A stretch of DNA of 64,000 nucleotides from Eledone cirrhosa (GCA_964016885.1 OZ024740.1:324880001-324944000), one strand, 5' to 3'. Positions 13,747 to 27,251 are shown, counted from the stretch's first letter. Program-made: numbers and translations. Notes: generated from the sequence alone by a model not told the origin.

Positions 13747-13818
13747 TCAACATCATTGGATACCATCAGAGTTGCAGGTGTTATATCAGAGTATATATAT
13801 ATATATATATATATATAC

Positions 13819-13897
<79 letters not shown>

Positions 13898-13903
13898 CGT
13901 ATG

Positions 13904-13944
<41 letters not shown>

Positions 13945-13947
13945 ATG

Positions 13948-14000
<53 letters not shown>

Positions 14001-14045
14001 GTATATATATATATATATATATATACACATACATATATCTATACG
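13305..14045. repeat. Compound (CT)n/(TA)n/(TATG)n microsatellite block
   Basis: Direct inspection. This block is the source of the 467-aa spurious ORF. Confidence 0.95.
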
Positions 14046-14413
14046 CATGTATATCTCATACAACTAATCAGATTACGATCTCAACTAAATACCTGCATTC
14101 CCATCTATGTATGCGTGTGTACAGATGTGTACAAATGTATTAGATGTGCTTATGTGTATCTGTGTGTGTGTGTGTCTGTGTTTAGAAGTTTTACGAATCA
14201 TTTAGTGTGACGTGAGCCTGCATTAATTATTGCTATATATTCGTACTTGTGTGTATGCCTGTCCGTATGTATGTATGTATGTATGTATGTATGTATGTAT
14301 GTATGTATGTATGTATGTATGTATGTATATATCTATGTATGTATATATGTATATATGTATGTATATCCGTATGAATGTATATATGTATATATGTCTGTAT
14401 GTATGTATGTATG

Positions 14414-15018
14414 TCAGGTCACCAGTTGGTGCTACTGGTAACATGTATTCCAGTACATGTCCCATGGTCAGGTCGTTGGCGACTAAACTGGCAACCCCAC
14501 CAAGGTTTCTTGGTGAGGAGGGTGACTTTGGACATCCTGCAGGACTAAAAACAAAACCTGTCAAAGGGCAAAGGAGCTCTTAAGAGTCAATGGCCATCCA
14601 AAATCACCGGGAGAGATGACCCTTTAGCCTTTGTCAAGGCAGAATTCTAGGAGAAGGAAAACTCTGATATAACACCTGCAACTCTGATGGTATCCAATGA
14701 TGTTGACTTGTTCTTCTTTTTGGTAAATATCATCTTGGTTAAGAGAGTGGGACTGGCTTTGTGCAGTGCCTTTGCTCACTATAAAAGCTTCACGGCACAG
14801 ACATTGCTTTATATCTGGAGATCTCTCTGCACTTGTCGTCACATGGTACCATGGGCCCAGCACTATGTGTCAGTAATTGTCACAAGTGTAGTGTTTGTAC
14901 CAGAGTTTTCAAGTCGCTGGCTGGACTAAAGTCACATTCGTTCAGCGCATCGGTGGGGGTTCTCCTACATGGATATAAAGTAGTGGCCGTACTCGAAAAC
15001 GAGTTGGCAGACACCATG
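14414..15018 (+). mobile_element. Non-autonomous RTE-derived element (5' UTR joined to 3' end)
   Basis: Homologous to 21725-22265 (cttggtgaggagggtga...cctgcagga...tcaa.ggccatc; actcgaaa.cgagtt). The 3' part encodes a C2H2-like CSVCTRVFKSLAGLKSH as seen at RTE ORF C-termini. It is preceded by (TATG)n. Confidence 0.6.
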
Positions 15019-15096
15019 TCTCTATATATCTATCTATGTGTGTGGAGGTATATAGGCATATATGTATGTGGAGGTATATAGGTATATATATACAGT

Positions 15097-15375
15097 GGAG
15101 GTATATAGCCTAGTGGTAAGGGTGTTGGACTTACGATCATAAGGTCGTCGATTCGATTCTTGGGTTACGTGTTGTGTTCTTGAGCAAAACACTTCATTTT
15201 ACATTGCTGAAGTATACTAAGCTGAAAATGAGTACCTGCAATAGCTGGAGGTTTATCCCTGCAATGGACTGGTGTCCTGTCCAGGGGGAAGTCTTGTACT
15301 CTCAGTCGCTTCACGTCATGAAACCGAGATAAGCACCGACCAAATGAGCCTTCTGGCTTAAGACAGACTTTAGAC
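15097..15375 (+). mobile_element. tRNA-derived SINE (second family)
   Basis: A-box tagcctagtgg, B-box-like gattcgattc, followed by ttgtgttcttgagcaaaacactt. Confidence 0.7.
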
Positions 15376-15699
15376 TTTAGATATATGTTGATATGTATGT
15401 CCGTATGTATGTATATATGTATGTATGTCCGTATATATGTATGTGTGTATGTATATATGTATGTATGTCCAAATATATGTACGTGTGTATGTATGTATGT
15501 CCGTATATATATATGTGTGTGTATGTATGTATGCCTGTCCGTATATATGTGAGTGTGTATATATGTACGTATGGTATATATTCATATGTTTGTGTGTGAC
15601 TATTCTAATAACCAGAAGCTAGTGTGTGCGATGGATCTCCGTCGGTATGTTTGACGAGTGATCCACTTATTTGAACAACAGAAGAACGTTCTAGTGACC

Positions 15700-16110
15700 T
15701 CAGTGTGGAAGTGAATGACTGTTCCACAGTCACGTGCACCCTTATCGTATTTCAACATGACACAGTTTGTGACAAGGCGGACCTCATCTTTGCTAGGTGA
15801 GTAAACTGTGGTGCAATGCGAAATACAATCATGTTCTCATAGGATACAATTGTTTCTACATTTGGCACAAGGCCAGCAATTATCTCAGTGTATTACTGGT
15901 ACTTTATTTTATCGACCCCGTAAGGATGAAAGGCAAAGTTAACCTCGGCGGGATTTGAACTCAGAATGGCAAGGGCCGTAACTCAATACGTCAAAGCATG
16001 GCGTCCGACCCTCTACCGATACCGCCAATCCACCAATGCCACGCCAGGACTCGAACGCACTACTATGTGATCGAGAGCCGAACGCACCTAACCACAAATC
16101 CATACGACAT
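15700..16110 (-). mobile_element. Older SINE interrupted by an S1 SINE (15848-16034)
   Basis: The tRNA head (gttcgagtcctgg) at 16040-16105 is separated from its body by a complete S1 copy. Confidence 0.7.
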
Positions 16111-16451
16111 CCCAGCAAGTGTGTAATCTGAAATACACACTCACACACTCACACCCACACATGCGCGCGCACAGACATGCAGGCATGTTCACACACACGC
16201 AGGTATAAACACATTTAATCTTAAACAATTTGGATGTACGTGCTTCGTATCATGAGAGTTTGTTTGAGAGGGGGGGCGCATGCTTTCATGATGTGTGTGT
16301 GTGCGCGTGTGTGTGCGTGTGTGTGTGTGCTTGTGGATAACGATGAGTATATTCATCTATATTATATATAAACCATATATACGCACATAAATATATACAT
16401 ATATACATATATGCATATATACATAAACACAAACACACACATACATATGTG

Positions 16452-16531
<80 letters not shown>

Positions 16532-16532
16532 G

Positions 16533-16600
<68 letters not shown>

Positions 16601-16623
16601 ATTATATATATATATATATGTAT

Positions 16624-16702
<79 letters not shown>

Positions 16703-17210
16703 GAATGAGAGAGAGAGAGGGGGAAAGACAGAGAGAATGAGAGAGAGAGAGACAAATGTAACACTTGTCTTGTCAAAGTAATTCATTATATCTTTCATCA
16801 AAATCAAAACCAAATTACTCTCAAACATTCATTAAGCCCACGTATAAAACTAAAAAGAGTTTTATCAATTAAACCGCAAACACTCATGAGCGTATGTTTA
16901 CAACATAACATGCACAACAAGTTTCGCCTTTATGCTTGCTTGCAGATTCGCTTCTTTCAAGTGGTTATTTTTTTAAACCCTTTAAAAGTATATATATTTT
17001 CACTGATTGCAATTACATTTCATCATCATTTTACAGTAATTGTAATTATGAAAGGTTTTTGTTTTTTTACAAACATTAATTAAAACTCCTAATTTCTACA
17101 TATAATTTTTTCAGTTTATGCAATTTAGGAAAATTACTAATACATATTTCTATGTAATGTCGGCATTGTTGGTGGCAGAGACGGCGTTGCTATTGCTGTT
17201 ATTGTTGTTG

Positions 17211-17242
<32 letters not shown>

Positions 17243-17608
17243 GGTGGTGGTGGTGGTGGTGGTGATAGTGTTGGCGGTTGTGTCGGTGAAGGTGATAATG
17301 ATAATGATACGAAGAGGGTGATGATAACGATTTTGTGGTTATAAATAATAACAGCGCGAATTAAATATCACGTGCTAAATGCTGAGATTCTGTGCTCTGC
17401 CGCTGTGAGTTCAAATCATGGTCAACTTTGACTATCGCCGTTTCGGTGTCGATAAATAAAATATCAACTCAACTCGATGAATTAATAGAATTGTTAGAAC
17501 ATCAGACAAGATGTCTTGCCGCATTTCGTTCAGGCTTTATATTCTAAATACCGCTACCGACGACACTGCTGCCAAGCTGTATCGTATCGGCATTTGTCTA
17601 TTCTGGGG

Positions 17609-17650
<42 letters not shown>

Positions 17651-18240
17651 TTAAAACAATGAAATAAAAATTCAAGTCATTAGGAATATACTTCACTGCT
17701 TTACGATCGTTTCTAGGTGACGATAATACATCGTGCGCATATTTCGTTATCGATCTATGTAAGGTTAGTTACAAAATATCTTACCCGTGCCTGTGTCTTG
17801 GAAATGTTCGTTCCATGATCTTATACAAGATACACGGAGACAAACCGATAATTGTTGGGATTCTGAGGGAAACTTCATGGCTATGTGTTTAAGAACCTTT
17901 TTTTGAAATCACGTGCTTCTCAATCGAGCCTTCTCTGCAGAACCTTGAGAAAGTGGAAAAGTGTCTTCTACATAAACCCTAGGGGACCAATGTTTATTGA
18001 AAGGAATTTAGTAGTGTGTGTGTTCGGGTGTGTCTGTATATGTGTGTGTTACTACATTTGTATCTTTTTGATAACATTTCTAAGTCCTATTTCAATCATT
18101 TGAAGCAGTTGCATTTTATTGGTTCTGTTCCGATCTACACCAGCTTCACTGCAGTGGGACGCAAATAGGTTTCTGAAATGTATCACGTAATATTCTTTTG
18201 TTTGCATAAAATGTACACGCCTGTGTATCATATCAAATTA

Positions 18241-18397
18241 TCGAGTCCGGGAATTACCATAGGCACCCGTTTACGTGTGTTGTATTGAAGCGAATAACTA
18301 TGTGTATACTCTGGGAATGTATCCTACATTACCTATTGAGTACGCTAAGATACAACCGGTCCTGTCATTGATAAATATGCTGGGTCCGTCGACTCAT

Positions 18398-18400
<3 letters not shown>
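18241..18400 (+). mobile_element. 3' part of the 8669-9030 hammerhead element, starting within stem III
   Basis: tcgagtccggga...gcacccgttt..tgtgttgtattgaagc is the reverse complement of about 8675-8826. It ends at (TA)n. Confidence 0.85.
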
Positions 18401-18441
<41 letters not shown>

Positions 18442-18457
18442 GTGTGTGTGTGTGTGT

Positions 18458-18500
<43 letters not shown>

Positions 18501-18643
18501 TTATATATATATATATATATATAGATAGATATAAGTTGATATGATATACAGGCGTGTACATTTTGTGGCAACAGAATATTACGTTTTACTTTTCAGAAAC
18601 CTACTTGCTGCCCATATATAGATATATATATGTGTGTGTCTGT

Positions 18644-18698
<55 letters not shown>

Positions 18699-18732
18699 GT
18701 GTGTGTGTGTGTAAGTGTGTGTGTGTGTGTGT

Positions 18733-18796
<64 letters not shown>

Positions 18797-20404
18797 GCGC
18801 GTGCGCGCGCGTGTGTGTGTGTCTATGTATGAATGTATATATATATGTGTACGTACATAAAGCACATACTGTCACTGATAACTTTATTCTCCCTTGCCTA
18901 TTTAATTAAGATGATGAAATGCCGTAATTAATTAATTACATTATATTATTATATTATATTATAATTTCATGTAATAAATACCACTTTGCTGAAACTTCAA
19001 ATAAGCTGCTTTGAATTGAAAATCTCTTTGTTCTTTGAAAGCTATTTTAGAGTATTTGGTTAACATAAATATTGCAATAAATATTAAATCGTTTTGAGAA
19101 AAAGTAAAAGACATATGGCAAACGCTTAAAAGAGGAAGTTGTATTGTCGATATATTACTTTACTCTAGCTCAGTGTTTATCTCCAAACTTTTCACTACTT
19201 TTATTTAAATACATTTTTCCATAGAAATTCCGTTCAATTGCTCCATTGTCTGATTGTTATAAAGTGAGAAATGTTTATACTTAGAGCAAAATGGATAACC
19301 TGTAGTGTGTCTATATTGTGTTTTTAACAAAAACACTTGATACTGTTATACAGTGAGAATAACCCTTGAAAGAGACTGTTGTTTTTAACTTAAGAGATGA
19401 ATGGATATACATAAGTGTGTGTATATTATGTCTATGACAAATTACTTGAACATTTAAACTAAACCCCCAGTACTACCTTTGCGAACCCCCAAAAGGCAGC
19501 GGAGCCCAAGTTGGGAACCACTTGTTTAGCTCAATGTTTCTTAAATATATTCTGTTCCGGAACCCTTACACGATTTCCCCAAAATATGAGTAATCCATAG
19601 TTATATTTTATGGTTACTCCCCCATCATCCTAAATAATATATATTTATACAGAACACAGTGTATATTAGAACATTCAAGACATGATTTATACGATATTTC
19701 AACTATTTTCTTCAGTAGGCTTTGTAAAATAATGAATATCTATTGTATTCAACCAATTTTTCACTCAAATGTAGTGGTTCCGAAACTTATTTTACGACCA
19801 ATCCCCATCACCCTAATTTCAATAAGACATTACATGAAACAAAATTTGCTTCAAACAGAGAATGCATTTGTCTAAAATAAAAGATAAATTTTCGTTAAAT
19901 TATAGCAAGATGTCGGAGATATCAGTTCTCTCGGAGCCCTCTTCAGGAAACGCTACTCTACTTGACTCTACTGATTCTGGAAACTATAAACAGGTCCCTG
20001 CACTAGGCAAACCCTACCTTAATCGTCATGGTTTAAACCAACCAAAAAACCTACAGAACTAAATAAGGGTGTAGATGAGTGATTCTCAGAAAGGTATACT
20101 TGGTTCCCAAGGCAAGAATCTTAGCCAAGGGAAGAATTGGGGCAGGGGGAATATAAATCAGTGTAGGAAACATATATAAGAAAGCAGAGTGTACATATAC
20201 TGTGTATAAATGACATGAAATGTCAATATACCCAACTATAAGGGCGATAACGAATTAAATATTTACAAAAATCTTATTAAACTAATTTACCATACTAATC
20301 TACTTTAATACTTAACTATGTAAACGTATAACGGTGAAAAAATACAAGATGACAATTCAAGGATATCTGACGAGGATATCTGAAAAACAATTGGTGCTGA
20401 TGGA

Positions 20405-20560
20405 TAAAGTATATTCTATCATTCGTAAACTTTGTGTTAACCTACTTTATGTATAGAAGAACCAAAACATTTCAGCTCATCTCTATTATAATTGTTGTAT
20501 TCTCTGTTCGTCTGCAGATATGACATCACAATACTTTTCTGAGAAGGGTCATGGGCACAG
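20405..20560 (+). pseudogene. Possible highly decayed GIY-YIG remnant (PLE)
   Basis: KVYSIIRKLCVNLLYV* followed by SQYFSEKGHG loosely resembles VYxIxCxxC..YIG and HF...GH. Confidence 0.3.
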
Positions 20561-20924
20561 CTTTCCACCTCTCCTAAGTAAACAGTTAAAAACCAACAAT
20601 ATCACACCAGCCTATCTACCAACATCAATTAAAGAACGACTCATTATTTTAAGGGTTCTACCTCCTTATTCTTTATATATTTCTTGAATGTATTATTTTT
20701 CTTCTTGAGCTTTTAAAGTTAAAGTGATTCAATAAAAATGTGTTTTTAAAGATGACACTCTGGAACTATTAGAAACGTGGTATATGTCAGAACATCTCAC
20801 CCCCAACCTTTTCAACGCTCCCCTGTCTGAAAGAATGGAATACTATCTGAAATAACAAACACATAAACTTAATGACCTCCACACGTCATAGATAGTTCTT
20901 CATCTAACAGATCACTTTTAAAAC

Positions 20925-20947
20925 ATTATCATTAGTATCACCTTCCC

Positions 20948-20995
<48 letters not shown>

Positions 20996-21222
20996 TATCA
21001 TCATCACTATCATCATAATCACCACCACCACCATCATCATCATCATTGTCATCATCTTCATCATCATCATCATCATCATAATAATCATCACCATCATCAA
21101 TATCATTATCCTCATCAGAAACACCAGCAGCACTATCACCCTGATTACCTTTATCACCAGCATCACCATCATCACCATCATCACCATCATCATCACCATC
21201 GTTATCACCATCATCACCACCC
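20925..21222. repeat. (CAT)n/(CAC)n trinucleotide array
   Basis: Direct inspection. It explains the poly-Asp and poly-Met ORFs. Confidence 0.95.
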
Positions 21223-21320
21223 CCAATGGGATACCATAAGAACAACAGTAGGATAAAGACCACTTAAAGCAATACCACCCAGAACATCGCCAGAAACGGT
21301 GTTAAATTGATGGAGATCCC

Positions 21321-21377
<57 letters not shown>

Positions 21378-21388
21378 ACTCTCTCTAA

Positions 21389-21426
<38 letters not shown>

Positions 21427-21724
21427 ATTTCTCTCTTTCCCTTTTCCCCTATTTATTTATTTATTTATATATTTAAAGTAGGAGGCGCACAGGTAAAAAA
21501 TAATGGAAAGAACAACGAAAAGACGGACCCCACCCCATTCCTTCCCAACTCTCATAATCTTATCTGTTTCATGCAGATAGACTTACTCGAGGTTCGCAGA
21601 TGTTGTCGGAGAGACATGACGCGACACTCAAATGCTGTCTGGACCGATGTCAGGCCCCCGCCTCCCTGCCTACGTTTCAAGTAAAGTCGGTCAATGTCAA
21701 TGTATGTATGTATGTATGTATGTA

Positions 21725-22265
21725 AGATCGATCTTCAGCGCTACAGATAACATGTAACCCAGTACAACCTGGGCATGGTCGGGTTGTCGACATCCCCCCT
21801 CCCCAAGCTTGCTTGGTGAGGAGGGTGATTTTGGACACCCTGCAGGATGAAAATGAAAACCCCTCAAAGGCCGGAGGAACTCATGAGATTCAACGGCCAT
21901 CTAAATTTTTTTTTTATTATTATTTGTGGAGCGAGAGACTCCTATCTTCATTAAGACATCTCTCCAGAAAAAGGTCACTCTGATATAAAACCTGCGACTT
22001 CGCTTGAATCCAAGGATGTTAACCAGTTCTTCTTTTGGGGAAATTGCATTCGATGTTCAGAGAGAGGTACTGGCCTCACGCAAAGCCTTTCTTCACTTAA
22101 AAAAGCTTCAAACAGAGGCATCGCTTGATATGTGACATTTTTTGCGATGCAAGGTATTGCTGGCCATAGGCAAGCCCCTAGCAGGACTAAAAAGCCACGT
22201 CCGTGATACTCATATTTAAGTATCAAGCGATGGCATTACTCGAAATCGAGTTACAGCCATCATGT
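21725..22265 (+). mobile_element. Second copy of the RTE-derived non-autonomous element
   Basis: Similar to 14414-15018 at both ends and in ctctgatataa.acctgc.act. It has (TATG)n flanks. Confidence 0.6.
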
Positions 22266-22620
22266 ATGTATGTACGTATATATATATATATATACAAACA
22301 TACAGATATACATACACGTAAATAAAAATAAACATACACGTAAATAAAATATATATACACGTAAATAAGGTAACGCACACAACCTAACACACACACACAT
22401 ACACAAACATATATATATATGTGTGTATATAAATCCAGAGAGAGAGGGAGGAAGAGAGAGACAATTTGTCTAATTTACCAAAGTTGGCATGAACTGTGAA
22501 CATCACGTGTCACCATGTTCACACATTGTGGAAACAGAATTACATTTTCATTAAATTTCAGCATTGAGTGGAAACGGATGGCAGCTTTCAGCTAAAAGAC
22601 TTTTAACTACGAGCAGGACC

Positions 22621-22669
<49 letters not shown>

Positions 22670-22715
22670 ATCTATCTATCTATCTATCTATCTGTCTATC
22701 CATCTCTCTCCCTCC

Positions 22716-22746
<31 letters not shown>

Positions 22747-22764
22747 GCGGGGGAAAAATTCCCG

Positions 22765-22995
22765 ACATCTATGGACGAGTTCTCTAGCGGTCTCAGTTCT
22801 TCACCATCACCGTCATGTCCTGCGTCTCCCAGAGACCAGTGTCTGTCCTTAGAACATCAATATATGTCATCCTCGATCTCCCTATACTAGTGTGTCCGTG
22901 TAGGGGTTCCCACAGGACAACTGACTGCAGTGTCAACCCTGAATATCGGTGAGCATGTCCAGCTAACCTCAGTCTCCTCTGTGGCACTTTGGAGT
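22765..22995 (-). mobile_element. RTE-clade LINE 3' fragment
   Basis: QRRLRLAGHAHR...VVLWEPLHG...GRSRMTYID is a typical RTE C-terminal motif. Confidence 0.8.
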
Positions 22996-23362
22996 TGAGA
23001 GAGAAAGAGAGAGAGAAGGCGTCTGTGGTGCCGACAAGGGGAAGACCTCTAATAATGGGAGTGCTCAGTGCATGAGGTGATGCACCGTAAGTATAGAGAT
23101 ATGTAAATTCCCACCTCTCCAGACACACTTACAATCTCCTGCTCCACTTCCAACTTTCTCCATGAGACCAGTTTACAACTATTATAAATTCAACTAAGGC
23201 ACTACCAAGACTATTGACCTATTTTTTCAGACCTTGCAAATATTACTAAACCCTAGCAGACTTACTGAACACACAAGCCGAAACCGCTTGACGCCGTGGT
23301 CTGAATTTTACACCCCCCCCTCTCTCTCTCTATCTCTTTATCTCCATCTCCTCTCGCTTACT

Positions 23363-23468
<106 letters not shown>

Positions 23469-23514
23469 TAACCGCACAATGAATATCATACATGTAAACG
23501 AAATATCCTGGGTT

Positions 23515-23546
<32 letters not shown>

Positions 23547-23618
23547 AAATCAAGGGAAAGCAGATAGAGAAAAAATTTTAAAATAAATTTCAAAAAATTC
23601 ACTGTACTTACTATGTGT

Positions 23619-23699
23619 GCCTTTACCGCGGTTTCAGATCCCAATCAAATAGACAATCCAAGCAGATTTCCATTGAGAAAGAGATCATCGTCAGAAGGC
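23619..23699 (-). ncRNA. Type-I hammerhead ribozyme
   Basis: Reads gcctt-CTGACGA-t-gatctc...gggatc-t-GAAA-ccgcgg-TA-aaggc. Stem I is a perfect 5 bp, stem III accgcggt is palindromic and the site is GUA. It lies in a (TA)n-flanked element 23547-24037. Confidence 0.88.
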
Positions 23700-24032
23700 T
23701 TTTCTCACTCGGAGAATATAAAATTCCCGAGTTCAAAATACAGACTGGCGCCATAGAAAACTGTTCCAGAATGAGAGTGAATGAATGATGAAATAATTTT
23801 GCCTAATACCGTGTGGAAAGGCAGAAAGCGAGGTGGACAGGTCAATCCCGTGCTACTAAAAATAGCAGCCGTTCAAACGACCAACGGTTTCTCTGCCGTT
23901 GTGGAGAATAATAATAAAAGTATGTGTTCCCACATGTAAATAATACACATAGGGATACAAGTATTGTCCGACCGTATGCCAGTGTGGTTCAATGCCAAGT
24001 TCATAAATTAACAAGCCAGAACATATAAAATC

Positions 24033-24116
<84 letters not shown>

Positions 24117-24191
24117 ACATATACAAACATATGTGCTTTCAGACACATACTTAGGTACATGTGAATACAAATATAAACACACACGATGATC

Positions 24192-24259
<68 letters not shown>

Positions 24260-24261
24260 CG

Positions 24262-24364
<103 letters not shown>

Positions 24365-24919
24365 GTGTGTGTGTCTTTATGTATAAAACCGTTACCGATC
24401 GCTCCTATTAACTTGTATTGAGGTATAGTACTCATTATGGCTCTCCTTACGTTGCGCAAATGAAGACGACGGGGAGTGGCATCTGTTCTGAGGAACATGT
24501 GAAGAATTCCAGCCATCCATCTATTCATCCATCCCCACACCGATCCATATCCTTACACCCCCACCCCGTAGGATAGTGTCAAAAGTTTTCATTCTTACAG
24601 ACATCCTAATTACTGGAATATCTCAAACGTACACCAACCTTATTCTATCAACAACTTCACCTTTGAGGCTTCATTACAGGTTTACACGCACGCGCGCGTG
24701 TGTGTGCGTGTATGTGAATGTGTCTGAGTGTGTGCGTGCGTGTGTATGTGTGTGTATGTGCGCGCGTGTGTGCGTGCACGTGTATGTGTGCGCGAGTTCA
24801 GGGTCATGGTAGTCTACTTACAGAGGTAGAACTCAATATAGGTTTTGGGAGATATAGATAAAATTCCAACAGTCACGTACCTCCGTTGGAATTTTACTGC
24901 ATTTGTTTCTTTATATAGT

Positions 24920-24981
<62 letters not shown>

Positions 24982-24990
<9 letters not shown>

Positions 24991-25322
24991 AAGGCTTCTA
25001 CAGGACTAGAACTTTTTCATTCGGTAGAAATCACCAGGAATCCTTCCTGTTTCTATATTATATATTTATACTCTGCTATATATTGAGTACCTTACTTACT
25101 GTGGTTACCCCCGATTGAACCGAGGATAAACCTATGTATATAACTCCTATAAAGAGTTGGGGCCCCAACGGCTGAGCTCTTGCCGATTCAACATCTAGTT
25201 GCAGACTGAGTCTGGGTGTAGCTGTTGAAACTCTTTATAAAATAACCAAACTCTACTATCCAAAGTATCGAGTACTCTGTTATGTAATGGTCTAACCAAT
25301 TTCAATCTGACCCCCATCCCGA
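24982..25322 (+). mobile_element. Two adjacent fold-back mini-elements (family B at 24982-25135, family A-like at 25145-25322)
   Basis: The first matches 42522-42712 (cttctacaggactagaact, gagtaccttactt.ctgtggttacc). The second has ccccaacggctgagctc and actctactat..aagtatcgagtactctg, as in family A. Confidence 0.75.
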
Positions 25323-25324
25323 TT

Positions 25325-25433
<109 letters not shown>

Positions 25434-25631
25434 GTGTAGTCCTTGCTGGTAACACTGTAGGGCAACCACCATTGAAGCAACTGTTTGAGGTAAAAGAACG
25501 TAAAATTTCCAAGGATTCAGGGTAGAACGAAAGGAGCGTGGTGTGAATATGTTTAATGTATTGGGCGAAACATTAAACTATAGTATCTTACCAAGTTCTG
25601 TTTTCTTTGACATATTATTATGTGTGTGTAT

Positions 25632-25686
<55 letters not shown>

Positions 25687-25817
25687 TAGATAAATCTACC
25701 AAAAGTTTACGGTAGTGTCCAATCCGTATGAAGAACTCAATGTAATCCGGATATCAAGGAAAGAAGAGATGTATTCAAAAATCACTTTCGGTGAAAGATA
25801 AACGGAATACAGAGTCA

Positions 25818-25950
25818 AGATAAAATATAAAAAAAAAATAATGAATAAAACAAAGAAACAGTTTCTTATATTAAACATAATATAATATAAGGAATGTTTA
25901 ATATAAGGAACTGTTTCTTTGTTTTATTCATTATTTTTTAAATATTTTAT
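25818..25950. repeat. AT-rich palindrome between (TA)n arrays
   Basis: ataatgaataaaacaaagaaacagtttcttatattaaacat pairs with atgtttaatataaggaactgtttctttgttttattcattat. Confidence 0.85.
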
Positions 25951-25956
25951 ATATAT

Positions 25957-25999
<43 letters not shown>

Positions 26000-26001
<2 letters not shown>

Positions 26002-26436
26002 CAAATAAGCAAAAGTGATATTCAATTTGTTGATAATTCAACAAATATAAATGTTTATAACTGATTCAGAGCACTCGACACGTTTTGGAGTATAATATTC
26101 AATGATATTAAATAAATGGAAACTATATTTATAAAACCATATTTATTCTATTATATATATTTCAAGGGTACCAAAACTTTGGTACGCTTTCATCAGATAA
26201 AATACGAAGTGTGTTTTATAAATTTTGACATAACCAAGAAACATACCTTAACGGTTCAAGTTTTCATTGGAAAAGTTTTCCTTGAACCGTTAAGGTATTT
26301 TTCTTGGTTATGTCAAAATTTATAAAACACACTTCGTATTTTATCTGATGAAAGCGTACCAAAGTTTTGGTAACCTTGAAATATATATAATAGAATAAAT
26401 ATAGCTTTATAAATATAGTTTCCATTTATTTAATAT

Positions 26437-26441
<5 letters not shown>
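26000..26441 (-). mobile_element. Fold-back PLE-like mini-element with about 160-bp arms (26100-26260 / 26281-26441)
   Basis: Inverted repeat with a few mismatches, a unique tail at 26000-26099 and (TA)n on both sides. Each arm carries a hammerhead. Confidence 0.88.
26337..26397 (+). ncRNA. Type-I hammerhead ribozyme (mirror copy at 26144-26204, minus strand)
   Basis: Reads tattttat-CTGATGA-aagcgtaccaaagttttggtaacctt-GAAA-tatata-TA-atagaata, with an 8-bp stem I and palindromic stem III. Confidence 0.85.
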
Positions 26442-26467
<26 letters not shown>

Positions 26468-26468
<1 letters not shown>

Positions 26469-26845
26469 TCTTCTTCTTTATTTTTTAAAAGGTCGTGAGG
26501 CCCGAGTCCTAAAATATTCTTTAGACCGGGTCCTGTCAGTAAAAGCCGTCTCCAATTAATCCGGTTAGATCCCAGCTAGCTCAGGGATATTTTGCTTGGG
26601 TTCAATGATTGGGTCTCCTATTGCTTGGTTTTTGCCCTTAAAATATGTTCAGCGGTTCTTTCCTGAGATATTCTGACCACATGTCCATAATATCGGAGCT
26701 GTGAGCAGCAAATTCGGAGAAGATCCGGGTCTGTCTGGAACGACTCTCTGATCTCTGGACTATGCAGCCTATCAAGTAACGTTACCCCAAAAACCAGTCT
26801 GAGGAGCTCCATCCCAGTAGCATCTATTCGTGATTGTATTCTTTG
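26468..26845 (-). mobile_element. RTE-clade LINE 3' fragment
   Basis: MELLRLVFGVTLLDRLHSPEIRE...QLRYYGHVVR, ending in an (AAG)n tail. Confidence 0.8.
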
Positions 26846-26958
26846 TGTATGTATGTAGGTGCTTGTGTATGTATGTGTGTCAAAGTCTGTGTTAGAGAAT
26901 ATGTTTCTGTGTATGTTTTGTCAGTGTGTATATGTTAGAGTATATGTTTCTGTGTATG

Positions 26959-26999
<41 letters not shown>

Positions 27000-27251
27000 A
27001 CGTGAAAATTTGTATATGTGTGTACATTTTATGTATATTTACGCTTATAAAAGTGTATTTTGTTGGAGAAATGTTCGCACTCAAGAAAGAAAAATGGAAG
27101 TTCCGCTAGACTTTCTATTTTACTGTCTTCAACTAACAAGAGTTTGGAAAAGCAAAAGCAAAAAAAAACAAAAGCTTCAGACGCCGTCAGCTAATACTGT
27201 GTTACCTTGGCAACATACTTCATCACCCACGTTTCTTTGTGTGAGTGTGTT

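Noticed and set aside
19885-19950. Hammerhead-like CTGAAGA...GAAA on the minus strand
   Set aside because: No stem I or convincing stem II pairing.
20380-20402. CTGACGA-ggatatct-GAAA core-like motif near 20368-20400
   Set aside because: No stem I partner and no valid UH site.
20904-21263. Poly-Asp acidic protein
   Set aside because: It is the reverse reading of a (CAT)n array, with no exon context.
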